A stretch of DNA of 64,000 nt from positions 124,001 through 188,000 of the forward strand of contig JBDOQK010000011.1 of assembly GCA_040437565.1 (NCBI GenBank), given 5' to 3'. Position numbers and translations under genes: made by a program. The notes beneath the pieces were generated by a model, which had not been told where the DNA came from, did no database searches, and saw nothing but the letters and a program-made list of their open reading frames with translations. Shown piece by piece: positions 47,623-60,201 of this stretch. The number at the start of each line of letters is the position of its first letter. Positions within the stretch are counted from its first letter, which is position 1. The stretch comes from Albugo candida (Eukaryota).

Positions 47623-49960
47623 AACGCACGAATCATTTTCAGCAACATTGTGGTATTGTGACCCTGGTGCGATTTCATCCAGACCCAAAGCGACTACATC
47701 TGCTCTCTTGTGGTGACGATAATACTGTGCGAATGTATGATCTCTTCAGCCAAACTCAAGTAGCTTGCATCAGTGAGCATATCAGCACTCCAACGTGCCT
47801 TTCTTTTTCGAGTGACGGATACATCTTGTTTTCTGCTGGTCGCGATCAAATCATTCATGCTTGGGATCTTCGAAATAACGTGTCAATTCAAACGGTTGTT
47901 GCAAATGAGGGTGTGGAAGGGCTAGTAGTTTTACCCAGCAATTTCGAATGGTTAAAGCGCAGAATGAAAAAAAGCGGCGTCCAAAGCGATTCGAGCGCAG
48001 TAGGTTCTGTGGCGCCAATTTGCTTTGTGACTGCAGGAGCTCACGGCATGTTACGAGTTTGGAAGCAAACCAACGAGTCTTTCGAAATTGTATATGAGCA
48101 GATATCGGAAGCAAAAAATACGCAATACACCCAATTACTACTCAATCCAAAGAGTATATTGTTTTCTTACAGGATTTACGTCAAAGGTATAACTTTCAAT
48201 GTGTAGAACGAGAGCTCATTTTGGTGACGGCTGATCATAACTTTCTCATGTACAATGAACGACTAAAACGTACGAAACAGATTATCGGTAAGACAAGCGA
48301 TTTGAGCTGAAACGCAAAGTTGACCATTCACCCTCTGTATTTTTTTTGGAGAGAAGGCTACAATGATGACATTTTGTGTCTAAAATACATACCGAATGGG
48401 GACAAGACACCGTCCAGATACTTGGCGGCGGCGACAAATAGCGCTCAACTTCGAATTTTGAATCGGGAGACAATGTCATGCGATTTGCTTTCAGGGCATA
48501 CAGACATTGTAATGTCACTGGAAGTGTCTCCGGATGGAAAATGGCTTGTGACCGCATCAAAAGATACAACCGCAAAATTGTGGGATTTCAATTCTCGACA
48601 TTGTATTGCTACCTGTTCTGGACACTCTGAGATGCTGACCGCTATAGCGATCTCACAAAAAGAAGCTCAATACCCGATTGGAAATGCGTTCTTTGTGACT
48701 GGCAGTGCAGATAAAACCTTGAAAATGTGGAATTTGAAGGCACTTCGCAAACGATACAATTGCGGCCAACGCGATGATGAAGTGATTTCTATATCATCTC
48801 TGGCTACCGTCAAAGCACACGACAAAGATGTAAACGCCATATCAATTTCACCGAACGATCGTCTGATTGCGAGCGCCTCTCAAGACAAGCTTATAAAGAT
48901 ATGGAATGCACAACCTGGCAACACACTTTTATCACTGTGCGGAGTATGTCGCGGGCACAAACGCGGTGTCTGGGCGGTCGAATTCTCACCTGTGGACAAG
49001 TGTTTGGCATCGGCAAGTGGGGATAAGTCCATCCGTCTTTGGTCCAGCACAACTTTCTCTTGTTTGAGAACCTTTGAAGGTCACACAGCTTCCGTTCTGA
49101 GTATCCGGTTCGCGTGTGCGGGTATGCAGCTTTTATCTTCAGGAGCAGATGGACTTGTCAAGGTGTGGACAATCAAGAGCAACGAATGCGAAGCTACGTT
49201 TGATGAGCATCATGATAAAGTCTGGTCGTTGGCAGTGGCAGAAGACTCGTGTGAGATGATTTCGGGTGGTGCGGATTCCACCATCCATATCTGGAAAGAT
49301 TACACACAGCAAGAGGAATCAGCACAAGAGCAAGAACGACAAACCAAGATCATGAAAGAGCAGGAATTATATGATTGTCTGCGGAAGAGCGAGCTATTTG
49401 GTGCGATCAAAGTGGCATTTGATCTGGGATATCCTCGGCGATTATTTTTGATATTTCACGATCTGATTTATGGTCCACGCCAAATGTTGCATCCTATCTG
49501 TCAGCTGGATCTCAAAAGTGACGAAATAGCGTCCAATCCAGAGACTTACTCACCAGAAACGATTCTGAGACCTCTCGTTGCAGAATTAAGTGAAGTATAC
49601 TTGAAACAGCTCTTCGAGTGGATGAAAGAATGGAATACAAATACAAAACACAGCTTAGCGGCTCAGATTTTGTTATCAACGATACTGAAGGCAATACCAC
49701 CGGAGAAAGTAAAGCAACTTGATCTCCAGGACACGATCGATGGATTGCTCGCTTACACTGAACGGCATTATTACCGCCTTAATCGCCTTGTGGAGAAGTC
49801 GTATTTGGTAGACTTTAATGTCGCTATCATGAAAAAGCTCCTCCCACAGTGCCCAACTATGGGAAGAAATGAATGGAGGGGAAAAAGGAATAGGCAAAGC
49901 TGTATTGCAAGTACCGAGGTTGTGTGCGATTCCAAGAGACTCAGAGATGTTTGTAAATAG
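47547..49960 (+). CDS. UTP13: UTP13/TBL3 second copy: lacks the native 5' exons, has the intact remainder including the Utp13 C-terminal domain
   Basis: 47626-48125 is nearly identical to 43900-44398. It continues with GYNDDIL, LAAATNS, AHDKDVNA, GHKRGVW, WNTNTKHS and YTERHY. Confidence 0.8.
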
Positions 49961-51138
49961 AGTCACGCAGTACTTCAACTTTGATGCTAATCGACTTTGT
50001 GGTAGGTATAACTTTGATCTAATGGGGCATGACACACTATTTACCCTTAATCAATCTTCTGGTCAATCTTTTGATCTTTAGACATCAAATCAACTCAACT
50101 GTATAAGATAAGCAATATCTTATAACCATGCCGCAAGCTTCATCAGCCTTTTGAACGATGAGCATAAATACGATCACTCGTGGGCCTTTCTTAAAATTNN
50201 NNNNNNNNNNNNNNNNNNNNNNNNNNNNNNNNNNNNNNNNNNNNNNNNNNNNNNNNNNNNNNNNNNNNNNNNNNNNNNNNNNNNNNNNNNNNNNNNNNTT
50301 GATCTAATGGGGCATGACACACTATTTACCCTTAATCAATCTTCTGGTCAATCTTTTGATCTTTAGACATCAAATCAACTCAACTGTATAAGATAAGCAA
50401 TATCTTATAACCATGCCGCAAGCTTCATCAGACTTTTGAACGATGAGCATAAATACGATCACTCGTGGGCCTTTCTTAAAATTCATAGGCCCACTCATCA
50501 GCTGATAACACTTCTCGACGTCGGGTGAAATTTACTACTTTCGAGTCAAGATTGTCATCAAGTAGTTGGGAGATACGGAGCCGCGTTAGAAGTACAAAAA
50601 ATTAGATGGAATTCTACCCTACTGAAATGTTAGGGCATGTTTGGTAGCTGGTTTAGTTTCGTCGCCTAGCTGATAAATCACTTCCTCGATATTTGCAAGA
50701 GTCTACTCGAAATGTGTGTTGGATTAACTTAGGTCCTTCTCAGACTTTCACTTTGTATCCAATAGGATTGTATGCTTATAATCTCCAGGATGTACTCAGA
50801 TAATCCACCTGATTCGAGGTGCGCCACCTAAACTCGTAGCATCTTTGCCAAAACTTAGGACTCTGATGAACGTAGTAATCATGCAGAAGAATGAAAAAGC
50901 TTCCTATTAGCTTATGGTCAGCAGTACAATCCTATTGCGGGAAAAAAAATCCCGCTTTGATTGAGACTTGCTTGATACCGTGGACCCTTCATTCGTCTCT
51001 TGATACTATATTATTTGAAGAGTTCCTTGATGCTATAATTGATATCAGATTTCTATATACTCACAAGCAGATCATGCGATTGCAAGCAAGGACATCTCGT
51101 CAATGACATTCTATTACAATTGCAATCAAGTGGTGCGC

Positions 51139-54100
51139 ATGAAAGGTAAGGACATTCAACTAGTGTATTAAGCATTCACAGCGTGCGAGCATCATCTAAG
51201 CTGACATATGAAGCGGTATGCGACAAGGTCCGTCCTAATTAGTGTACCGACACTATCCAGCGTTAAATCTCTTGCTTACGTTGCAATTCATGGGATGATC
51301 ACAGACGGGACACTGGCGTGCGAGATCGCGGCAATACAATTTTAGAGTGTACTTGAGATAACCTAGACATTTTTTGGTCATGGAATCGCTTTAAACTTTT
51401 ATAGATTCCAGAAAACGGTTTCAGGTAACACGTACCAATTCGAATTCTATCGTGAGTGTGATGTCCTCGCACGTCATCTTTTCTGGAATAAAGAATGCAA
51501 GCTATCCGAATACAAGTGAAGTATGAAATAGAGCGTCTAGATGACCACTAACGGCATTTATATGAAAAACGTTTATATTATATTTCAAACCACATGTGTA
51601 TAGGAAAGATGCATAGATGTAATGACACACAATACACCTTGTAACGACGTGATTACATGATAGTAATCTTCATGATGGCCGAATATAAGCCCGCAATTTC
51701 TAACCCAAACGTAGAAAGGGCAGAAAATGTGAGAAAAAGTCTTGTGATGAGCCTCATACAAAAACACCGTCCTAGTTTTCTAAGTTGGCCTGGAACTAAA
51801 TGAAGGGGGTATTCGTCCCATTTTTGTGAAAATGGTACAACTCGGCGGACTTGATTTATCTTTCTTTGAAAGCAAAATAAATGTCAGCTCTCCCGCAGAT
51901 CGGACCATTCGAGTCACAAACTCGTCATTTATTTTCGAACTGGTCAGATGAACATCAAGCACTTGATCTTTGGGTTACTTCCGTTGCAAAGTTATGGTCN
52001 NNNNNNNNNNNNNNNNNNNNNNNNNNNNNNNNNNNNNNNNNNNNNNNNNNNNNNNNNNNNNNNNNNNNNNNNNNNNNNNNNNNNNNNNNNNNNNNNNNNT
52101 CGAGTCACAAACTCGTCATTTATTTTCGAACTGGTCAGATGAACATCAAGCACTTGATCTTTGGGTTACTTCCGTTGCAAAGTTATGGTCAGTACAACGA
52201 AGCCAAAAAGGAATTCGAGAAAGCGATCGCGGGTACCGGGTCTCAAGATTTTTTCGAAAGGGTGTTTGCGCTCATCGATAGTTTGCAAGGGAAAAATTCA
52301 AAAGACACGTGTGGAGCATTTGATTTGGACTCGACTCTAATTGATCATTCAATAAAGGGTCCTACATTCGCATATCAGTTGAAAAACGCAAAGTACGATT
52401 TCAAGGAGACCGACCTTGACACTGTGTTTGGTTTTGTGGAAGCTGAAGCTGGGAAGGACTGTATACCACCGAAATCTTTTACGTTTAGAACAGAAGGAAA
52501 GTCAGTGCGTATCAATTTCGGAAAAATTGTCGAAAGCATTAAAAAGGAGTTCCGAAATTCCAATATGAAGCCTAACGAAAAGGACGTAAGAGACCTTATT
52601 GTCAGTTGGGATCATGCGAGTTATCGGTTTATGAGTGGAAAACCGAAGTGCCGATACTTGATGTCCACATTGAAATTAAGGCTGATGTATAAAATGACGG
52701 ATGTTCAGAAAAATGACCTCATCAAGGAAGTGCTCGAATATCACTCCAACCCTGGAATCAACATTAAAAATGACAAGGTAGATCTTCTTGAAGTGAGTGA
52801 GAGAGTGCAACAGGTCACTCTGAGAGCAAAAATGTCAAGAGCCTTCAAAGAACAGATTGCTTTGATCAAGGCACTCAAGGAAAGGAATGTGAAAGTGTTT
52901 TTGAATACTGCAACGCACGACCTGTATTCAAAAGCCGTGATTGCACATTTCGGACTTGGAATCGATGGAGAGAATGTGCGTGGCTCGTTTCCCTTAACTA
53001 ATGCCATGACGCAAAGGCTTTCGACTCGTAAGCGTGGTTTTTTCAATGCCATTATCGAACAGAGGAAGGCGTATCAGTTGCCGGNNNNNNNNNNNNNNNN
53101 NNNNNNNNNNNNNNNNNNNNNNNNNNNNNNNNNNNNNNNNNNNNNNNNNNNNNNNNNNNNNNNNNNNNNNNNNNNNNNNNNNNNCACGACCTGTATTCAA
53201 AAGCCGTGATTGCACATTTCGGACTTGGAATCGATGGAGAGAATGTGCGTGGCTCGTTTCCCTTAACTAATGCCATGACGCAAAGGCTTTCGACTCGTAA
53301 GCGTGGTTTTTTCAATGCCATTATCGAACAGAGGAAGGCGTATCAGTTGCCGGCCTTGGAAACGTATAAGGAACTATCTATATCTGATGATGAAGCTATT
53401 GTGCGAGGGATTGGGTATTCTAATGATGGTGCAAATAAAGAAGTAACGATGCAGCATGCAATGGGTTCTTGCAATTTCGTGATCACCTCTGGCGACTATC
53501 CTGGCGGTGATGGACATATGCTTGCCCATGCTGTCCGCAACGGTGGGTTCGCGCTGGTTCTTCTCGCTCAGGATAAGTCAGCCGACGGTTGGATGGATTT
53601 GAAGAATTTAGGCGGGACGCATGTTCGGATCCAATATCAGGATGACGCTGCCTGGCTTAAGGAAACCTCGCCCCGTGCAACATCATAGTGATATTTACCG
53701 GCTACAATGACGTGAAAGTAGACTATGACTAATAAGTAGGTCGTCCGATATATGCCGATTAAATATATCGCTTTGAAACCAGAAATTGTCAGCGAGCTCA
53801 CGGGATTTTACGCAACGTTTGTGTGAGTCAATGTTCTCGAAAGTCTTTGTGGAAGGGTGGACCATTTGATGACGAATTAAGGTTTCTTCACAAATATCAT
53901 CCCAAGCGGAGCATAATAAGACACCTGTTCTTTGTAAAGATACCAACATGCATCTCAACGCCAATTGAAACTGCAGGCAGCGAATGCATTAATGAGGGTA
54001 CGATTTTAGACTCCCTTCCCTAAATATGCAATGAGCGATACGATACGCACCGCACTCATATCGGCCATTTACAGCATGGAAGTCTGTAGTCGCACTTCGA

Positions 54101-54478
54101 TGATAATGCTTTGGGACAGGATGTGAAGCGGGAAATGGTGTGGTTAGCATTGCAATTAAAAACACGCCATGTTCTTGTTTCTAGCTCAGAGGATCAATTA
54201 TTGTATAAAGCGTACGGGAAAGATCTAATTGCATGAATTCTCTCCCTTCCTGCAAATACCCGCTTCCACTCACCGCCATTTCACAGTATATGTGGTCCTA
54301 AACCTCAAAACTACCTCATGGGACACGCAAGACGCGACTTTTACAAAATTAGCTTATTGAATAGTGTAATGATTATAATTCACTTGATGTGCTGGGAAGG
54401 ATGCGATGACAGAAAGAGTCGCTGAAACAGAGCTCTCCTGTACTTTTGCATCTGCTGATTGTGGTATTTCAATTGCGA
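51139..54478 (+). repeat. Direct segmental repeat, copy B (HAD gene with flanks), homologous to 44499-47300
   Basis: Collinear with copy A; similarity ends at about the stop codon of the sugar transporter gene. Confidence 0.9.
52139..53688 (+). CDS. Putative secreted HAD-superfamily phosphatase, paralog 3; reconstructed by merging the overlap around gap 53085-53184 (start also duplicated at 51948)
   Basis: Leader identical to paralog 2; motifs FDLDST, NTAT, NKE and SGDYPGGD. 52916-53084 equals 53185-53353, and merging them gives a continuous ORF. Confidence 0.85.
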
Positions 54479-56735
54479 GTTGTGATAAAGAGCGCTTCTA
54501 TCTTCTCATACGAAAGACCTGTGGTCTCTGGAACCTATCCATGACATTGTGTTAGCAAAAGACAAGTTTACGTAGGATGTAAACCTTGTAATAAACCATC
54601 ATAGTGGACACACATGTCAGTACAGCATAAAGCAAAAACGTTGATGCGAATCCTTTGGAGCCATAGACAAATTGATAACGATGGAAGTGTGCACAAAAGA
54701 TATGACGTTTGTACCGATAGAGTCAAACAATGTTAGAATTGTATAATTGAACAGTGCACTTCCAAGCCAAAAAACCGCAAATGTGATCCCCATTCCAATG
54801 GATCGAGAATTTGATGGTAGGACTTCAGAGCAGACCACCCACATTAGTGGTGCCCAGCTACAAAGTAGACATTGATACATTTCCGGTATACATTGACCAG
54901 GTCGTACGTGCAGATTACCTGGAGTTCCATGCAAATATAAAAACATAGAGATTCCAAAGGCAGAACATGTGTATTTGATATGCATAATTGGAGCCTTCCA
55001 CCACCCAAAAACTGGTTGCAAAGCTCAGATGGGAACACAGCATAATAGTGGAGCCAAATAGGAGCAATCGACGACGACCAACCCGATCGACCAATATAAT
55101 CGCACAACAAACACCCAGCAACTTTGCAATACCGATAGTAATTTCACTAACAAAATGCGACGTGCTGACAGCAGACTCATCCAAATCCAAGGAACGAAGA
55201 ATATAGGTCGAGTAATACAGAATTGCGCTGGCACCTGTCATGGTCTGACCTATTGCTATCATGAGACTCAATAAAATACGTCTACTCAAACAACAAACGT
55301 AAGAATTAAAGTACAAGCGTGAGCAGAATTCAAAGCGAAACCTTTTGGAAGTCGGGTCTGCGAATAGGGGCTTTATCAATGCTTGTGTGCTCCGAAACGA
55401 AAGCGTGACAAGATTCCAAAGATATATTCGACGAGGCTCTGATAAGTTGGTCTCATTATGGCCTTCTATAGCCTGTTTTCTTTGGAGTCTCTGCCAATCC
55501 GTTGGAATTCATCAAATATCAAACACAAAACTTGTCATGTAGTCAACATCACGTACATCTCTCAGCCATCGTTTCGATTCAGGCAAGAACGGCATCCCGA
55601 TCTAATCATATAAGAGAAAATTAGTCTTTGAATATGCTTTATGCACAGACTGAAGTGATTGAACCAATTGAATAATGGGTGGTACAAGTGTTGCCCCTAG
55701 CATCTTCCTCCATCCCTCCTGTCAACACCATAAATGATGATAAAGGCCCAGGTTTCCGGCGTCATGAATGGTACCTGCGAGTTTTTGAACAAGTTGCTAG
55801 TTACCAGAGATGCAAGGCAACCGATGCAAAGCATAACCTATGGATATTGCACACACGATGCTTAGTGCAAAAAGGGTGGAAGAACTCTGATCAGACCTCA
55901 TTTACGGTGACCAAAGCGCCGCGCTGCTCTGGTCTCGCAATCTCTGATATGTATACGGAGACGCAGGGGCCACTGCTACCGACAGCTAGACCTACGATAA
56001 AGCGACCAACGAGAAGCTGATAAAATGTGGCCGCAAATGTCATGATAGCTGATCCAATAAGAAAAAGGATTGCTGTAACAATGATGGCCGGTTTTCGCCC
56101 AATTCTATACATCAATCCTCTGTCTGTCAACCGACTCGAGCTCGGAACCAGGACACGATAACCTACCGATCGGATCCCACACCACCAAACAGCGAGCCAA
56201 ATACAGCTGCAATCATCAACATGCTTACAACTGACTGAGATGCGATGTTGGACAGTGAAAATGCCTATAGTATCAATGTTGGACAATGCTCTGGAATACA
56301 TCCAACGAAAAAGAGTACATTCTGGATCAGTGGCAATGCAATCACCATGACACAAAGATCATATCCGAAAAGAAACCCTGAAATGGCACTCAGAGCTGAG
56401 ATGACGCACTGCATCCACGGCTTTTCATTGGTGTCGATCTCAAAAGAGTTTAGCGTGTCTAGTTGGAGCTCTCGCACCGATTTTATCGTTGTAGTACGGG
56501 TTGACGTTCTGGAGTTGAGTGACTTGAGGCCAATGACTGACTTCTGGTCTTTTTCGTACTTGTTATTCACAAGCTCGTCCATTTCATTGCTGCAATCCGA
56601 GTTAAAAACATCGGCTTTTGGTCCGAATGCTGATAGACGAGAAGAGTCTAGCTCGATGTCTTGCAGATGATTTTCGCTTGTTGTGGACCCAATAGTTGTC
56701 AAAATCTCATAAGCTCTACGATTTTCATGTGTCAT
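54469..56735 (-). CDS. MFS sugar porter family transporter (polyol/inositol/hexose type), multi-exon
   Basis: ISGFLFGYD, DRIGRK, GRFIVGLAVG, YISEIARPEQRG, PESKRWL, VDRVGRR, SEVLP..SRS.G and VPETTG. Confidence 0.92.
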
Positions 56736-57093
56736 TGTCAACAATTCCGAGTAAGCAGAAGCCGTGCGCAAGTGAAAGTGAAATGATTGGCCAACAAGTT
56801 CAAACAAGCCAATCATATTTCGAAAAAATAGTCGGAAGCTGACTCGCAACTGAATTCTTCAGCATGAGTAACGGTCCAAATCAGCAAGTGTATGGCAACG
56901 GACGATGTAGTGGGTGGTTACTTCTTTCTACAAAAACACAGAAGGTTTTGCTTGACATTCAGGAATGGACTGTCTGCACTATATAAGTTTGTTGGACGTT
57001 TAAATGTTGTGTGTGAAGCTCGATCGAGTTTTCAACTTGCAAAAGAAACAAAGCGATAGCTTAGATATGAATGAGGAAACGTATGTTTTAAAT

Positions 57094-57980
57094 CTAAGTA
57101 CTTGTTTGGAACAAAGAACGATGCCACGGTTTCCACAATGGCACCAAATTATGCGTAGTACTAGCACCAGGAGTAAGAGACAAATCAGATTCAGACTCTG
57201 TGATCAGATTCTTGGCACAAATCGCAGATGGAGGCGCTGTTGGGACTGTTTTCGTTGGGAATTTCTGGCGATTCACAATGAAAACGTATTTGATGCAGAG
57301 TTCCGTCTCGAAATTCTTCGCAAGAGGATCAGTGGTACGATGTCGGTAGCCTGGGTAGTGTTGAGGATCAAACTTTTGCCGAGCTTTTAGTAAGTAATGA
57401 TGATGTCTTGCATATTCTTCAATATTCCAACTAGAATACGGTGGACGATCTTTTAGAGCCATATGTATTTCACCCATTGGCGCAAGGACTGGCCGAGCAC
57501 TGTGAAAAAAATCACGGACTAAATTGCGATTTAAGTGAACACGCTGTTGCCCAGTATGCGGGAAATTGAAAATGATACAGTCAAAACAATGTGGCAATCC
57601 ATCAATTCTTGGAAGTGTCTGGTCTAAGCGCGTTGCATCCACCCCATGAAATACTTTGCCCCCATGCGACGTAATGTACTGAATGCACCTCTTCGCATTT
57701 GCATACTTATTGACAACTGATTTCGCGTCATCAAATGAGGTCGCAGTTAGACGCTGACCACATATACTCATCAAAAGTAATGCCTTTGAGAAGGTAAAAT
57801 CTGACGTAATACAACATCAGGCCTCAACATGTGGGCGTTTGTGTCATCAAATCAAATACCTCCATCGCCAACGACCAAAATTGATTTCTTTTTAAGAAAA
57901 AGTAGCTGTCGATGCTCGGATACGACCTTTTTTGATTTATGGTTGGTTTTTGCGTTGTTTGAGCGAATTTTGTGCTTCAT
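57094..57980 (-). CDS. DUF2431 / BMT5-like putative rRNA uridine-N3 methyltransferase, 2 exons
   Basis: ILVVGDG|DFTFS, LTATSFD, HGVDAT, IIFNFPHTG, PYSSWNI and YPGYRH. Confidence 0.88.
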
Positions 57981-58069
57981 TTTACGAAAAGCAAATGAAT
58001 GGACGGGAGTTCCGACTCTCTTCAAATAACTAAACTGATATATATTCGGGACGATTAACATAACACATT

Positions 58070-58798
58070 TTACGATAATACGCATCGGTAAGGGCCTTGA
58101 ACCGGTATTTGATCGTTTGTCAGCTTCCGAATGGGTAATTCATCAGTTGCTTCTAGTGAGAGATACACTCTTATGCTTCCATAATTTGCGAAATTGCTCC
58201 AGCCGGGATACTGTGATAGTAAATACAGTCGAAGCCACTTTCCTAGCTTTATACTATCTAGAAAGGGTCCATGTGTGCTAGGGACAAGCACTCGGCGATG
58301 ATGACGGAATTCATGAGACGCTCGAATATTTGGACCGATAAAAACGCGTTCTGAATGTTCGAAAACCTCCCGACTTTTAGATTCCACAAGCGCTAGCTCG
58401 GACCAAGTGTAAGAAGCTTCATACGTGCCATTGAGAGCGCTGTCGGAAGAGGCCCACCCTTGATCGTGAGAACTGATATCAACCACACATAAGCAGCAGG
58501 ACTTGACTTGTGTACCCTGAGACAATTCTATACTTGATATAGGTAATTCTAGATAGCAATAATTCATATTACTGGAACCACGAAGAAAAGCTGTTGTCTC
58601 CTTCTCTAGCATGAGTACAAATCCTGCGAGGGTGAGGATTTCGTTACAGATATCTAGCGGTACGCTTTGCCGATGAAGCAAGAATGACGCAAGCAATGAG
58701 TACTGCGATGGCGTCACATGTGAATAGCGCGTTGTTATGTCATTTTCTTGTAGCAATTCTCTCGCAGTGACGCCTTCTTTGTATAGATATATTGTCAT
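58070..58798 (-). CDS. Conserved hypothetical protein (SHDQGW...SYTW...YPGW motif type)
   Basis: Single 242-aa ATG-initiated ORF with aromatic-rich motifs SHDQGW, GTYEASYTW and YPGWSN. Confidence 0.65.
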   Translation of the reverse strand: MTIYLYKEGVTARELLQENDITTRYSHVTPSQYSLLASFLLHRQSVPLDICNEILTLAGFVLMLEKETTAFLRGSSNMNYCYLELPISSIELSQGTQVKSCCLCVVDISSHDQGWASSDSALNGTYEASYTWSELALVESKSREVFEHSERVFIGPNIRASHEFRHHRRVLVPSTHGPFLDSIKLGKWLRLYLLSQYPGWSNFANYGSIRVYLSLEATDELPIRKLTNDQIPVQGPYRCVLS

Positions 58799-60201
58799 TT
58801 TCCTTCGTGACGGATGACTGAACTTAATACACTTTAAGACTTGATTAATTCCGATTTAATAAATTTGATCAAACTTTGGCAATTTAGGAGAGGGCTCCGT
58901 ACCTCGCGGCAATCGGAGAAAAAGCCCAATTCGGGGCAAGACTTGCACATCAAACAAGCTTGATGAAGTATCTTAGCCATCGTTTATATATTGCTTACAA
59001 CGAAGTCACTAATTATAATATGGGCTGAAGGAAATGTAGCAGAGGTATTCAGTTTTACTGAAGTTGTAGCGAGTTACGGAAACCAAAAGCAAGAAACTGG
59101 TTTGGAGAGCTTTTTTTGGATGAGAAAGCTGCAGAAGAATGAAAGATTTTTCAAGATTGTTATTTGTTGTCATTATATCATTGCTGCGAAATTGCGTGCT
59201 ATGAAATTGCGAATGAGTTAAGGACTAAGATTCGGACCCATACACGCGCACCTAATGTGGTAGGCCACACTACATGCGTGTGTCATGCACTCGACCNNNN
59301 NNNNNNNNNNNNNNNNNNNNNNNNNNNNNNNNNNNNNNNNNNNNNNNNNNNNNNNNNNNNNNNNNNNNNNNNNNNNNNNNNNNNNNNNNNNNNNNNAAAG
59401 CTGCAGAAGAATGAAAGATTTTTCAAGATTGTTATTTGTTGTCATTATATCATTGCTGCGAAATTGCGTGCTATGAAATTGCGAATGAGTTAAGGACTAA
59501 GATTCGGACCCATACACGCGCACCTAATGTGGTAGGCCACACTACATGCGTGTGTCATGCACTCGACCAAAATTGTGCGGAATTGCGAGTATCGCCATTC
59601 TCTCCTAAGGTGAGACGTGCTACGTTCTTTCTTTCCTTGTGGCGTCCGCTCAGCCTTGACAACTTCCACACTTGCACAATTGTTGAATTGCCGAGCACGA
59701 AAGCTGCCTCAAAAATGAGACAAACTTCTAACCTGCCAACCTTTAGTGTGCGATAACTGGGAACGTTTCTATCGTTTTCAAGATATCCTTTGTTTTGGTA
59801 GTACCACGCGCTGTTACTAAGTTCATTCACTTCTTATTCCTTGCTCATCATCAGAATGCAAAGGGTGAGCAAGTTCACAGAATTCTCGAATTGTAGCCCG
59901 TATTCCGTGATGCACACGTAATGGATTTGACGGTGGGGCAATCAATGGTTTACTTCCAACGTCAACCTCACACACCTATCATATCTCTAGAGCTATTTAA
60001 TTTATAAAGGTATATCAGGTGTTTAGTCACAAGATAAGAACTTTCTCGACAATCTTATACACTAACTCTAACAAGATATCAATACATATGACATTGAACT
60101 TGAGAAATACAGATTCGTGAAAGCCACCGTTTTTTTCCATCAAAGTTTGTAACGTGACGCTAAAAGCTCGAAGCATAAAATTTGGAAGAGATTGATCACC
60201 C

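Noticed and set aside
50013-50483. Direct repeat of about 185 bp downstream of UTP13
   Set aside because: Flanks gap 50199-50298; overlap artefact.
59125-59568. Direct repeat of about 170 bp and associated short ORFs
   Set aside because: Flanks gap 59297-59396; the ORFs show no recognisable protein features.
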